Shown: positions 16,547 through 26,428 of the stretch, one piece after another | Layout: each line of letters starts with the position of its first letter | Position numbering within the stretch: position 1 is the stretch's first letter | Virus record (IMG/VR): IMGVR_UViG_3300035171_000016 | Coordinates: 83,761-147,760 of that record | Length of the DNA stretch: 64,000 nucleotides | Source: a virus | Strand: one strand, 5' to 3' | Notes under the pieces: generated by a model | Told to the model about the DNA's origin: nothing | Seen by the model: the letters and a program-made list of their open reading frames with translations, nothing else | Databases searched by the model: none | Position numbers and translations under genes: made by a program

Positions 16547-19096
16547 ATGTTTACAGAGCAATTTCAAAAATACGACTTTCCATTATTAGGACTAGTAAGA
16601 TTACCTCAAGTAAAAATTACTGACGCCGAAAAGAATTCTATTGGCATTAACTTAAATTGTTCAAATTATGAGTTTTTAAGAGAACTAACAAAACAAAACT
16701 TCCAAAAAAATGAGCATAAACTGTCTAATCCAGATGCATATCAAAAAAGAGCGCAGTATGAATTAGAGATATTTGAGGAATTAGGATTTACTGATTACGT
16801 TTTATTGGTATGGAAAGTTATCAATAAATTAAAAGAGCTAGGCGGTTACAGAGACGCTGGGCGCGGTAGCTGTGTAGGCTCTTTTGTTTTTGCTTTGATT
16901 GGTATTACCGGAGTATTAGATGTTATTGATAAAGGTTTAATTTTTGAGCGTTTTATTTCTAGAGTAAGAAGTAAAAAAGAAATTATTGATGGAACTACAT
17001 ATCTTCATGGAGACCTTCTTTGCGATGCAGATTTAAATCTCGGAGGGTGCCGACAAGATATTATTGATTGGCTTAAACAGGAATATCAGGGTAAAATCTG
17101 TAAAATTGCAGCGTTTTCAACCCTTACTTCTAAAATTTTAATTAAGGATATATATAAAACATATGACGAGGTAAACGAGGATGAGGCCAAGAGAGTTGCC
17201 GACATGATTGAGAAACAATTTGGTATAGTTAACGATATTGAAGAAACTATTAAAGAAAATAAAGAATTTAAAAAATGGTCAGAAGCACATCCTAAAACAT
17301 TTGAAATTTGTTTACAACTAAGAGATTTATTGAGACAAAAAACTTCTCATGCTTCTGGATATTTTATATCATATTATGATTTAGACGGATTTGTCCCTGT
17401 TGAGCTAAATAAAGATAAGGAATTATCTCTAGCTTACGAAATGAATGACGCCTCTCAGTTAGGAACAAAATTAGACTTATTAGGTCTAACACAATGCGAA
17501 ATTCTTACTGAATTTTTCAAAACTATTCCAGAAAAACCAGACGATATTGAATTAGACACAAATCCAATTGTTTACGAAGCATTACAAAAAGATTTTTTGC
17601 CATATGGATTATATCAAATAAGTGCCGATTGTGCAAAAAGAGTTACAAATAAAGTAAGACCAAAAAATATTTCAGAATTAAGTGATATTAACGCAATAGC
17701 TAGACCCGGCGCATTAGATTATCTAGATTCATATGTAGATGGAACAGTAAAATCTCCTCATAAAATATTTGATGATATAGTTAAAGAAACTAGAGGCCTG
17801 TTTTTGTACCAAGAGCAATTAATGAAGGCTATTGTGGCAATCGGATTTACGTTAGACGACGCTGAAATAGTTAGAAAAATTGTTGGCAAAAAACAAAAGA
17901 AAGAGTTTCCAAAATGGGAGCAAAAAATTAAAGATAAAATTAAAGAAAATAATCTTCCATCAGAAGTTTATGAAATTGTTTGGAAGGTTTTAAACGATAG
18001 CTCTGGATATTCTTTTAATAAAAGTCATAGCTTAGGCGTGTCATATCTCGGAGCATTAACTGTTTGGGCAAAATATAAATATCCATTACAATTCTATACA
18101 GCCTGCCTAAATTCAGCTAAAAATCAGCCCGCTCCCACAGACGAAATAGCGGCTATTGAAAACGAATTAAAATATTTTAATATTAAATTATTACCACCGG
18201 ATATTATTAAGTCTAAAAATGAATTTACTATAGAAGATGGAAATATAAGATTTTCATTACAGTCTATTAAAGGAATTGCTAATAAAACATTAGAAAAAAT
18301 TCAAAACTTTAAACACGAATATTCTTCTAAATTTGATATATTTAATGCCGCCAACGAAGCAAAGTTAGGTATTGGAGTTCTATCGGCTTTAATACAATCT
18401 GGCTGTTTAAGTAGCTATTGCAAGGATATAACTCGCTCACAGCTAGTTAAAGAGGCTCAGTTATATAATTTATTAACAGACAAGGAAAAGAAAAGAGTTA
18501 TTGAAATTGGAGAACAATTTAATTATGATTTAGTTGGAATTATTAAATATTTATCTTCTCCACAAAACGGCTCAGAAAAATCTTTTATTAAGAATAGTAG
18601 AATGGAAACAATAAGAAAGAAATTTAAAGGATATTACGAAATTTATAAACAAAATAGCAAAAATGAAAAGCTTGCTCAAAATTTTTATGAATTTTCCTTG
18701 CTAGGATTTACTTTTTCTGATACATTATATAGTATATTAAAGGAAGAATATAAAGATGTAATGCCAATAAATCAAGTAATTGGTGAGCTAGATAATACTA
18801 AAGTTCAGGTATGCGGACGTATTAGTGATATTCGCTCTGGGACTTCAAAAAATAAAAATAAATATATTAAAGCTAAACTTGAAGATGGTAGCGGAAATAG
18901 TATTAATATAATGATAATGGAAAGAAATTTTAGTCTCAATGAAGAGCTAAACGATGGTAAAAAACTAGAAGATGGAGATATTATCATGGCAGAAGGAACT
19001 AAAAAGCCAGATATTATCTTCTGTGATAAGATAGTATCCCAAAAAATTAAAATATATCAAAAACTAAGCGAATTAAAAAATAGCGAAAAAATATAA
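16547..19096 (+). CDS. dnaE: DNA polymerase III alpha catalytic subunit (PHP-less)
   Basis: GRGS, LIFERF, CDAD, HASG, KLDLLGL, RPG, YQEQ, YSFNKSH, C-terminal OB fold. Confidence 0.92.
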   Translation: MFTEQFQKYDFPLLGLVRLPQVKITDAEKNSIGINLNCSNYEFLRELTKQNFQKNEHKLSNPDAYQKRAQYELEIFEELGFTDYVLLVWKVINKLKELGGYRDAGRGSCVGSFVFALIGITGVLDVIDKGLIFERFISRVRSKKEIIDGTTYLHGDLLCDADLNLGGCRQDIIDWLKQEYQGKICKIAAFSTLTSKILIKDIYKTYDEVNEDEAKRVADMIEKQFGIVNDIEETIKENKEFKKWSEAHPKTFEICLQLRDLLRQKTSHASGYFISYYDLDGFVPVELNKDKELSLAYEMNDASQLGTKLDLLGLTQCEILTEFFKTIPEKPDDIELDTNPIVYEALQKDFLPYGLYQISADCAKRVTNKVRPKNISELSDINAIARPGALDYLDSYVDGTVKSPHKIFDDIVKETRGLFLYQEQLMKAIVAIGFTLDDAEIVRKIVGKKQKKEFPKWEQKIKDKIKENNLPSEVYEIVWKVLNDSSGYSFNKSHSLGVSYLGALTVWAKYKYPLQFYTACLNSAKNQPAPTDEIAAIENELKYFNIKLLPPDIIKSKNEFTIEDGNIRFSLQSIKGIANKTLEKIQNFKHEYSSKFDIFNAANEAKLGIGVLSALIQSGCLSSYCKDITRSQLVKEAQLYNLLTDKEKKRVIEIGEQFNYDLVGIIKYLSSPQNGSEKSFIKNSRMETIRKKFKGYYEIYKQNSKNEKLAQNFYEFSLLGFTFSDTLYSILKEEYKDVMPINQVIGELDNTKVQVCGRISDIRSGTSKNKNKYIKAKLEDGSGNSINIMIMERNFSLNEELNDGKKLEDGDIIMAEGTKKPDIIFCDKIVSQKIKIYQKLSELKNSEKI

Positions 19097-19102
19097 ACTA
19101 TT

Positions 19103-19360
19103 ATGAATAAAAAACCACTATTATCAACTTTAGGTTCTAATGAAAATGGAGACTGGAAACAAGAATGGAAAGATATGCCAGAATTTATTCAGGAAAAGCA
19201 AAGACCATATAAAATGCTTATAGTAAGATTTGAAACAAAAGAAGATTATGAAGATTTTCAAAAAAGAATTGAACAAAAACTTACGGATAAGACTAAAAGT
19301 ATCTGGCACCCAGAATTAGAGCGCGGCGAGCATTCTGATAAAAGATATGTAGACGAATAA
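19103..19360 (+). CDS. small protein associated with TAGT glycosyltransferases
   Basis: W..MPEF.Q......I.VRF....D...F...I.Q..T.KTKSIW.P; directly upstream of the GT pair. Confidence 0.55.
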   Translation: MNKKPLLSTLGSNENGDWKQEWKDMPEFIQEKQRPYKMLIVRFETKEDYEDFQKRIEQKLTDKTKSIWHPELERGEHSDKRYVDE

Positions 19361-19376
19361 TAAATATTAATTATTT

Positions 19377-20126
19377 ATGTTTACAGTATATATACCCTCT
19401 CTTAAAAGGTTTGATATAAAAAATGGTACTGCTAAACTTATGCAGGACAATAATATTAACTATAAATTAGTTGTAGAGCCACATGAATTTATAAGTTATT
19501 GTAATAATTTTGGAGAAAATAATGTTATTAGTATAGACCGCTCTGGATTAGGAGAGGCATATGTTAGAAATTGGATTAAAAAATATTCAAAATCAATTAA
19601 GGAACAGTGGCATTGGCAATTAGATGATGATATTAGTAGTTTTTGTTATAGAAGATTTCAACAAAAAAGACAGGCTATTTCTGCCAAAAATGCTTTATTA
19701 GATGTAGAAATAGAAACTATTAAATATAACAATGTTTCAGAGTCGGGTATTAATTTTGATTCTTGGAGGCCGGGGAATATATCTATAATTATTAATAGGC
19801 CGGTATATAGATGTGTTTTAATTAAAAATGATAATAATATAGAATGGCGAGAATTTGTTCCATTTTGCGACTGGGACTATTCTATGCAACTATTAAATAA
19901 CGGATTTTCAATATTAAAATTTGACCATATTAGATTAAAATCTCCTAAACCCGGAACCTTTGCTGGTGGATTAGACTATTTATATGCAAAAAATAATATT
20001 AGAAATAATATACAAAGTCAGTTAATTAAGGAGTGGCCAGAGTGCTATTTAAGCGAAAGTAAATCCGGTAAATGGATTAATGCTAGAAAATTTTTTAAAC
20101 TACATAATAACCCACTAAATAAATGA
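19377..20126 (+). CDS. TET-associated/GREB1-like glycosyltransferase
   Basis: VYIPS..R, LVVEPHE...Y, RNWI, WHWQLDDDI, DWDYSMQLL..G, GG. Confidence 0.72.
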   Translation: MFTVYIPSLKRFDIKNGTAKLMQDNNINYKLVVEPHEFISYCNNFGENNVISIDRSGLGEAYVRNWIKKYSKSIKEQWHWQLDDDISSFCYRRFQQKRQAISAKNALLDVEIETIKYNNVSESGINFDSWRPGNISIIINRPVYRCVLIKNDNNIEWREFVPFCDWDYSMQLLNNGFSILKFDHIRLKSPKPGTFAGGLDYLYAKNNIRNNIQSQLIKEWPECYLSESKSGKWINARKFFKLHNNPLNK

Positions 20127-21022
20127 ATCCAAACTATCCATTATATATTGTATCTAAAAGTCGCTGGGAAAGCCGATTAACAAGCAAGGCGTTAGAGAGA
20201 ATGGATGTTCCCTATTATATAGTAGTAGAGGCTCACCAATATAATGAATATGCATCCGTTATAGATAAGAATAAGATATTAATTTTACCACAAGAATTTT
20301 TAGATAACTACGATACTTGCGATGAACTCGGTAATACTAAAAGCAAGGGTCCCGGAGCAGCTAGAAATTTTGCATGGGAACACTCTATTAAAAATGGATT
20401 TAAGAGACATTGGGTACTAGATGATAATATTCCATTGTTTTATAGATTAAATAGAAATACTAGAATAATCGTTAATACCGGCTCAATTTTTAAAGCTGCC
20501 GAAGATTTTGTAGATAGATATGAAAACTTATTGGTTTCTGGATTTAATTATAGATTCTTTTGCAAACAAACAGAGCCTCTTCCGCCTTATTATCTTAATA
20601 CCAGAGTTTATTCGTGTTTATTAATTCAAAATGATGCTCCCTATAGATGGAGAGGAAGATATAATGAAGATACCGATTTATCTTTAAGAGTTTTAAAAGA
20701 CGGACATTGTACATTACAATTTAATGCCTTTCTTCAGGGTAAGGTGGCTACTCAAACAGTAGCGGGTGGAAATACTGAGGAATTTTATAAAAACGAAGGT
20801 ACTATCAATAAATCCAAAATGCAAGTTGATTTACATCCAGATGTATCAAAGCTTGTTTGGAAATTCGGTAGGTGGCATCATCATGTAGATTATAGCTCAT
20901 TTCAAAAAAATAATAAATTAATAAAAAAGAAAAATTTAAATATAGAAGATAAAATAAATAATTATGGAATGAAATTGGTAGATATTAAAGATAAAAACAT
21001 TGACAAAACTAACATATCCTGA
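20123..21022 (+). CDS. TET-associated/GREB1-like glycosyltransferase
   Basis: YPLYIVSKSR, GPGAARNFAWEHS, HWVLDDNI, WRGRYNEDTDLSLRVLK, GGNT, RWHHHVDY. Confidence 0.8.
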   Translation: MNPNYPLYIVSKSRWESRLTSKALERMDVPYYIVVEAHQYNEYASVIDKNKILILPQEFLDNYDTCDELGNTKSKGPGAARNFAWEHSIKNGFKRHWVLDDNIPLFYRLNRNTRIIVNTGSIFKAAEDFVDRYENLLVSGFNYRFFCKQTEPLPPYYLNTRVYSCLLIQNDAPYRWRGRYNEDTDLSLRVLKDGHCTLQFNAFLQGKVATQTVAGGNTEEFYKNEGTINKSKMQVDLHPDVSKLVWKFGRWHHHVDYSSFQKNNKLIKKKNLNIEDKINNYGMKLVDIKDKNIDKTNIS

Positions 21023-21028
21023 TAATAT
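21000..21028 (+). promoter_or_regulatory. sigma70-type promoter (leaderless)
   Basis: TTGACA-17nt-TAATAT, 6 nt before ATG 21035. Confidence 0.65.
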
Positions 21029-21034
21029 ATAAAT

Positions 21035-21469
21035 ATGCCTAAACTAACTATTGCCGAAGTACAAGAAGCCCTAGCTCGCTCTAATGTAGAACCAAAACAG
21101 CAAGAGTCGGTTCTTAATCATTTACAAGAGGTTATTAAAGAGCTAGAAGACGAAAAAGAGCAACAAAATCCTACAGTTAAAGTAAAAAACGAGTTTGGAG
21201 TAATTATTCTTGATGAAAATGGAGATATTAAGGTAGATACTGCTGCGCTTATTTATCAGATAAAGGTAGGAGAAGACCACGGTACGGTATTCCAGCGCAT
21301 TAGAGACGCCGTAAAAGAATTTAATCTAACTAAAAAAGGCCTAAAGCATCCTGTCAAATCGGTAACAGAAGCCTTTCAAGCAATCGCGCCTAAGATTTTT
21401 AAGAACCAAGGTATCATTCGTAAAACTAAAGAAATTACCAGAGTATTAAAAACTAATAATAAAATTTAA
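21035..21469 (+). CDS. hypothetical protein
   Basis: 144-aa ORF with its own promoter. Confidence 0.65.
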   Translation: MPKLTIAEVQEALARSNVEPKQQESVLNHLQEVIKELEDEKEQQNPTVKVKNEFGVIILDENGDIKVDTAALIYQIKVGEDHGTVFQRIRDAVKEFNLTKKGLKHPVKSVTEAFQAIAPKIFKNQGIIRKTKEITRVLKTNNKI

Positions 21470-21470
21470 C

Positions 21471-21499
21471 TTGACTTTTCTATAAAATTAAATTAATAT
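21471..21499 (+). promoter_or_regulatory. sigma70-type promoter (leaderless)
   Basis: TTGACT-17nt-TAATAT, 6 nt before ATG 21506. Confidence 0.65.
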
Positions 21500-21505
21500 A
21501 AATAT

Positions 21506-21697
21506 ATGCCTAAAAATACAAATAAAACAATCCGTTATTTCGGTGAAATCGTTATGCGCCCTAATGGTCGCTATCAAGTAAAACATATCCAACGCCTTAT
21601 CGGTGTCAACCAACATCGCCGCAAGTGGGTTGATGTTAGTGGCTCTGAATTTGCTAAGGAACTAAATAAAGCAAATGTTTTAGCCCCTAAACACTAA
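21506..21697 (+). CDS. small basic hypothetical protein
   Basis: Own promoter; CGY/GGT-rich codon use like the capsid gene. Confidence 0.65.
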   Translation: MPKNTNKTIRYFGEIVMRPNGRYQVKHIQRLIGVNQHRRKWVDVSGSEFAKELNKANVLAPKH

Positions 21698-21706
21698 TAT
21701 ATAATT

Positions 21707-22273
21707 ATGCCTAGCCAATTTTTTTCACCTAATGCCAAAATTTCAGGAGGAGCGGCTTTCTTCTCCTTTAATTCTAAGGATGGCTCAGTTTATATCAAAT
21801 TACTTAAACAGATAGCTAATAATCCAAATAAGAAAGGTAATTTTGACGGAGCGAATCCAGTAAATATTAAACTTTCTCAAGATGAGGCCGCTGATTTTGT
21901 CCGCGCCGTTAGAACCAGCGGAGAATCTAAATTCTTTCATAAGTTCGAGGCCAATACAACCTCTGGCTCTTTAAAGTTTTATACTATTCCAGCTAAGGAT
22001 AACTTTCCTGCTCGTAGCGGTTTTGGTTTATCTGTGAAGAAATCCGCAGATGGAAAGGAAACAGAAATTAAGGTAGGATTTACTCTCGGTTCTGCCGAAA
22101 GACTATCTATTTTCTTAACAAATGCTTTAACGCATATTATGGACGCTGAATACTCACAGGACATTAAGGACGCAAAGGAGTATGCCGAAAAGAAAAAGAA
22201 TGCCGCATCGGTATCTGTTCCAGACGAAGCTAAAGAAGATGTTAAAGAAACAGAAGAAGAAATCGAATTTTAA
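21707..22273 (+). CDS. Whirly/PC4-fold-like ssDNA-binding protein
   Basis: G.VY..L...FD....IKLS..E...FFH...FGLSV...I.V.FT pattern; acidic tail EEEIEF. Confidence 0.55.
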   Translation: MPSQFFSPNAKISGGAAFFSFNSKDGSVYIKLLKQIANNPNKKGNFDGANPVNIKLSQDEAADFVRAVRTSGESKFFHKFEANTTSGSLKFYTIPAKDNFPARSGFGLSVKKSADGKETEIKVGFTLGSAERLSIFLTNALTHIMDAEYSQDIKDAKEYAEKKKNAASVSVPDEAKEDVKETEEEIEF

Positions 22274-22283
22274 TTAAAAAATT

Positions 22284-22529
22284 ATGGCACATGGAAAAAG
22301 TTTAGAACTTAATAAGATTAAACCCGCTGACACAACTATTGGTTCATACGCTAAAGTTGGAAATAAAATGTTTAGAGAGTTTGTCGCTGGAGATATTGTT
22401 TATTCTAGAGACGGAACTACTAAATATTTGGTTCAAAAAGACGGTAGCTTTAGAAGAGTTACTGCTGCAATGGAAAATCTAACTAAGATTGTTAAAAAGG
22501 TTAGCGATAACGAGTCTAAAGAAAATTAA
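22284..22529 (+). CDS. hypothetical protein
   Basis: last ORF of the + block, convergent with terminase. Confidence 0.55.
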   Translation: MAHGKSLELNKIKPADTTIGSYAKVGNKMFREFVAGDIVYSRDGTTKYLVQKDGSFRRVTAAMENLTKIVKKVSDNESKEN

Positions 22530-24388
22530 TAGGTAGTCTTACCCATCATAATCGGCATCCATAGGTTTGCCGATTTTTTTACGTCTCCAGCTCTATTCAT
22601 ATCAAAGTAAGCTTTAGCGGCTTCTATTGCTAATAAAAGACTAGTATAGCCGTCTTTACGAGCACGGTTAGCACTTTTATTTCTTTTTAGAGTTACTGGC
22701 AAATCAAAAATCTGGCCACCAGAAGGCGAGTTACGAATTTCTATTAAACTAGCCTGTTTTTTAATTTGATAAACAAGGTCGTCTTCATTTGAAATTAAAT
22801 CTACTATAAACTTGTTTTTATTTTCGCTTTCTTCAAATGGGTATGGAATTCCGCTTGTTATAGCAGATTCATAATCGTTATGAGAGGTTAGTCTAGAAGC
22901 AAACCAGATTTTTTTAGTATTTATCCACGTTTGTAGTTGTTCATTAATTCTTCTGATAGACTGTTGGTTAAAAACGTGTTTAAAACAAATTTTATTATTA
23001 CTTAAATTGTATTCTTTTTTGAAATCTAACAACATTCTATTATAATCGTCACCATGAAGTTCTCCATTATATTCTAATAGATTAACCTTGAATTTGTTAT
23101 CTTGAAACAAAGCAGACTCATTACAGCTAGAGGTAAATCCGCCATCAGCATTATCAAAGCATATCATTTGAATATTAAAAGCTTTTAATAGATAATAAAA
23201 ATATTTGATATGTTCTTTTAAGTCTTTTCCGGCTTCCATATACGAATGGACTACTGTTGCCGTTTCATTTTCTGGATTTAATTTCAAAACACACATTGCG
23301 AAGAAATCTGAACTAGGACTATTAGAAAACGATGGGTCGCATCCTAAAACATAAATATCCTCTGATTTTCCTCTAATTTCCATACATGGAGAATCAGAAT
23401 CTTTAACAGTTAATTCATGCATTTTCTTAGCCGAAAAATAAGAATCGCTACCATCTGTAAAATGTGCGCCAAATTCTCTTTGAAAGATTGGGTCATGTTC
23501 GCCCATAGAGCTAGCTTCTTCAATAACACTCTTTTCAATAAAGAGTTTCGGAAGAGCCTTATAACCTATTTGAGCAACGAAATAGGTAGCATCAACTACC
23601 TTATCTTCCGCTAAAATATTCTCTATCCATTCTTGAAATGTTTTATAACATGGCTCAAAAGTATAAGACGCGCTGGTTAAGCATATCATTCTTGCCGAAG
23701 ATGGGAATACCATCCTATCCTTTTCCTCTATCTTTCCTTCTTTAACAAGTTCGTCTTCCTCGTCTGCCTGACGAATACGCTCTCCGACATTTGACGGAAC
23801 CAACAAGAACGGCATTAATACTTTTTTAACAACCTCTTCTGAAAAAAGTAGATATTCATCTAAAATAAGTAATTGGGCGCGAAAACCACGAAGCTTATCA
23901 GAGTTCATGGGAATTGCTCTGATAATTCCGCCATTCAAAGCGATTTCAAATGCATCATTTCTCTTACTTTTTGCGCCGAAACATTCTTTAAGTAAGAAAC
24001 CTTCTTTTGAGTCTATTATTTTTTCCAAATTGTTAAAGATATGTCTAGCTGTACGAAATGTCGGGCCGCATATAACAACATTAGTTCCCGGATTGAATAA
24101 AGGATATAAGAATGCTATAATGGCAGCTATAAAGCTTTTTGAAGCACCACGAGAGGCCACAATCATTGAAAAATTTCTATTAAAAAGAGCTTTTAATAAA
24201 ATCTCTTGATATGTAGCTAGAGTTACTTTTCTTTTAGTTAATAATTCCAAACCAAAACCAAGATTTGCTCTTAAAAACTTTCCGAGTGCGGCCATAGCCT
24301 GCTTATCGGTAAGCTCTCCTTTTAAATCTAAAATAGATTGATTTATATTTGGATATTTTTTCTCGTATTTTTTAGGGAAATATAACAT
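22526..24388 (-). CDS. terL: terminase large subunit
   Basis: YQ, Walker A SRGASKS, LRGFRA..LILDE, nuclease VLGCDPS...D, RKDGYTSL. Confidence 0.88.
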   Translation of the reverse strand: MLYFPKKYEKKYPNINQSILDLKGELTDKQAMAALGKFLRANLGFGLELLTKRKVTLATYQEILLKALFNRNFSMIVASRGASKSFIAAIIAFLYPLFNPGTNVVICGPTFRTARHIFNNLEKIIDSKEGFLLKECFGAKSKRNDAFEIALNGGIIRAIPMNSDKLRGFRAQLLILDEYLLFSEEVVKKVLMPFLLVPSNVGERIRQADEEDELVKEGKIEEKDRMVFPSSARMICLTSASYTFEPCYKTFQEWIENILAEDKVVDATYFVAQIGYKALPKLFIEKSVIEEASSMGEHDPIFQREFGAHFTDGSDSYFSAKKMHELTVKDSDSPCMEIRGKSEDIYVLGCDPSFSNSPSSDFFAMCVLKLNPENETATVVHSYMEAGKDLKEHIKYFYYLLKAFNIQMICFDNADGGFTSSCNESALFQDNKFKVNLLEYNGELHGDDYNRMLLDFKKEYNLSNNKICFKHVFNQQSIRRINEQLQTWINTKKIWFASRLTSHNDYESAITSGIPYPFEESENKNKFIVDLISNEDDLVYQIKKQASLIEIRNSPSGGQIFDLPVTLKRNKSANRARKDGYTSLLLAIEAAKAYFDMNRAGDVKKSANLWMPIMMGKTTY

Positions 24389-24391
24389 ATT

Positions 24392-25300
24392 TTAAATAAA
24401 CTTATTATCTATCATATATTGAAAATCAATTTTTCTAGGGTCATTTTTTAATTTATATAAATTAATAATAAATTCGGATGCTTTAACTCTTCCATCTACG
24501 CAACAAATTTGTACATTTTCAAACTTTAATAACAAATCTCTTATTCTATGTAATATATAATCTGGCGTTGCCTCGCTTCTTATATATTTTAAATGATTAA
24601 ATCCAAATAAATTAGATATTTTTGATTCTATAAGAATAATTATATTGGCATTACTATCTTTAGCTCTTTGCATTTCTCTACATAACCTGTCAAATCCAGA
24701 ACTCAAAGAGCTAATAGCATCCTGTAAACTTTTTCTTTCGATAAAAATATTAAATTTATTATTTCTTGCCGAATAATCACCAAAATCTAATTTAATTATT
24801 TCTTTATTAGTTTTTATATCTAATACCGACTGCTCTCTAGTATCTATTAATATTTCTGGTTCAATATTGTTATATTCTAATATTTGATTATAATCATATC
24901 TAACATCTAAAGAAATTTCATCGCATATATTTTCATAACTATTTTTTCCATAAAAATTATGAAAAAATTTAATTGATGGATAACATAAAGTTCTTAATTC
25001 AAAATTAGAAGGAGCATAAATATATCCTTTTAATATTTTTCTCTTATTAAGCCAATTAGTAAGATATAAAAGTCCTTCTTCTTTTGTTTTAGATTGTAAA
25101 TATTTTTTTAAGTTATCTTTACCTACAAAATCTGACGTTAAATATTGTTCTGGAGATTTAAATGGAATTAATTCACCAGTAAACAAATCTAAAGATTCGT
25201 AAAATTTTTGATAATAATCTGATTCTTTAGTACGGTGCTTTTTCCAAAAATGTGCTCGCTCCGTAAATTCTTCTCCACATATTTTACAAATATTATCCAT
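24392..25300 (-). CDS. ERCC4 (XPF/Mus81-type) nuclease with N-terminal Zn finger
   Basis: CKIC...H...H; IDTREQ, GDYS, IERKS..D. Confidence 0.8.
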   Translation of the reverse strand: MDNICKICGEEFTERAHFWKKHRTKESDYYQKFYESLDLFTGELIPFKSPEQYLTSDFVGKDNLKKYLQSKTKEEGLLYLTNWLNKRKILKGYIYAPSNFELRTLCYPSIKFFHNFYGKNSYENICDEISLDVRYDYNQILEYNNIEPEILIDTREQSVLDIKTNKEIIKLDFGDYSARNNKFNIFIERKSLQDAISSLSSGFDRLCREMQRAKDSNANIIILIESKISNLFGFNHLKYIRSEATPDYILHRIRDLLLKFENVQICCVDGRVKASEFIINLYKLKNDPRKIDFQYMIDNKFI

Positions 25301-26426
25301 TTATAACTAAATCCTCATCAATTCCAAATATTCTTACTATTGCCTCGTCTAGTTCAGAAAATCTAGTAAGTTCACCTTTAATTTTTGTATTTCTTTCTTC
25401 TGCCATTTTAACTAATGCGGTTCTTCTTTCTTCGTTTTTCATTTCTTCTACAATGTTTAATAGAGTAAAAGATGCCCCAACCCTTTCATTTAATTTTTCA
25501 CTTCTTTCTTGTGTTAATGATTTATAAAGAGAATTTTGTCTTTTTATACATTCGTCTCTATCTTTTCTAGCATTTTTTACTACCTCTACTATAGCCATTG
25601 ATACTTTACCGTCCTCTTCTACTGCTCTGTTTTGTTCTCTATTAAGCATATTAATATCGTTTTCTATTTGAGAGCCTATAACAATTTCAGAGCATAGGAG
25701 AATATACTGGTCAACATTTTCCTGAGTTAAATCGTCTTTATTAAAACAATATTTTATAAAACTAGACTCAAATAATTCCTTATCAGATTGAGATTCGTAA
25801 GAATCTATTTGGTGTTTAAATCTATAAGATGCCAAATATCCAATTAAAGCTTCTATTTGTTTTTTCTGAGAGGGTGTTAATTTTTTAGTATCCCAATTTT
25901 TAGTTTCATCAACATATTTTTTAATTCTAGAGACCGCTCTTTCTGGACTTCTAGGGGGAAAATAATTACTATCTATTTCTTCTCCATACATAGGCTTTCC
26001 ATCTAAAGTTCTCAGATATGAATTAATTTCTCTTACCTCTGAGGTAGACGGCCCTATCCCATAACCAAATAATTCTCTAGCCATCTCCATTGCCTTCATA
26101 GTAGAATAATTATTTTTAATATATTCTTTATGTTCTGGCGAAAGTTCAAAACTTTTTTTAGTTGATGCTAATTTAATAACTTCCCCAGAAAATCCACTAC
26201 CAACAAGAAATTCTTTAATTAAAGAAGCCTGTTTAGACCTTCCATCTAATTCATCGTTAGGAAAAGCTAATTTTAATAACTCTGGAATAGATGGCGGAGT
26301 TTTTGACTCGTCTTTCCATCTATTTAAAATCAATTCTTTTTGTAAAGAAGACAAAAATATTTCTTTAACTTCATTTTTTTTAAATGGAGTTTGTTCGCTA
26401 GTTTCTATATCCCAAATATCAGGCAT
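25293..26426 (-). CDS. hypothetical protein (possible terminase small subunit-like)
   Basis: HTH-like N-terminal half, coiled C-terminal half, upstream of terL; function is inferred. Confidence 0.4.
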   Translation of the reverse strand: MPDIWDIETSEQTPFKKNEVKEIFLSSLQKELILNRWKDESKTPPSIPELLKLAFPNDELDGRSKQASLIKEFLVGSGFSGEVIKLASTKKSFELSPEHKEYIKNNYSTMKAMEMARELFGYGIGPSTSEVREINSYLRTLDGKPMYGEEIDSNYFPPRSPERAVSRIKKYVDETKNWDTKKLTPSQKKQIEALIGYLASYRFKHQIDSYESQSDKELFESSFIKYCFNKDDLTQENVDQYILLCSEIVIGSQIENDINMLNREQNRAVEEDGKVSMAIVEVVKNARKDRDECIKRQNSLYKSLTQERSEKLNERVGASFTLLNIVEEMKNEERRTALVKMAEERNTKIKGELTRFSELDEAIVRIFGIDEDLVING

Positions 26427-26428
26427 AT

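Noticed and set aside
7744-24388. Inteins in RNR, DnaE or terminase
   Set aside because: No C/S-start or HN-C/S/T splice motifs, and lengths fit intein-free proteins.
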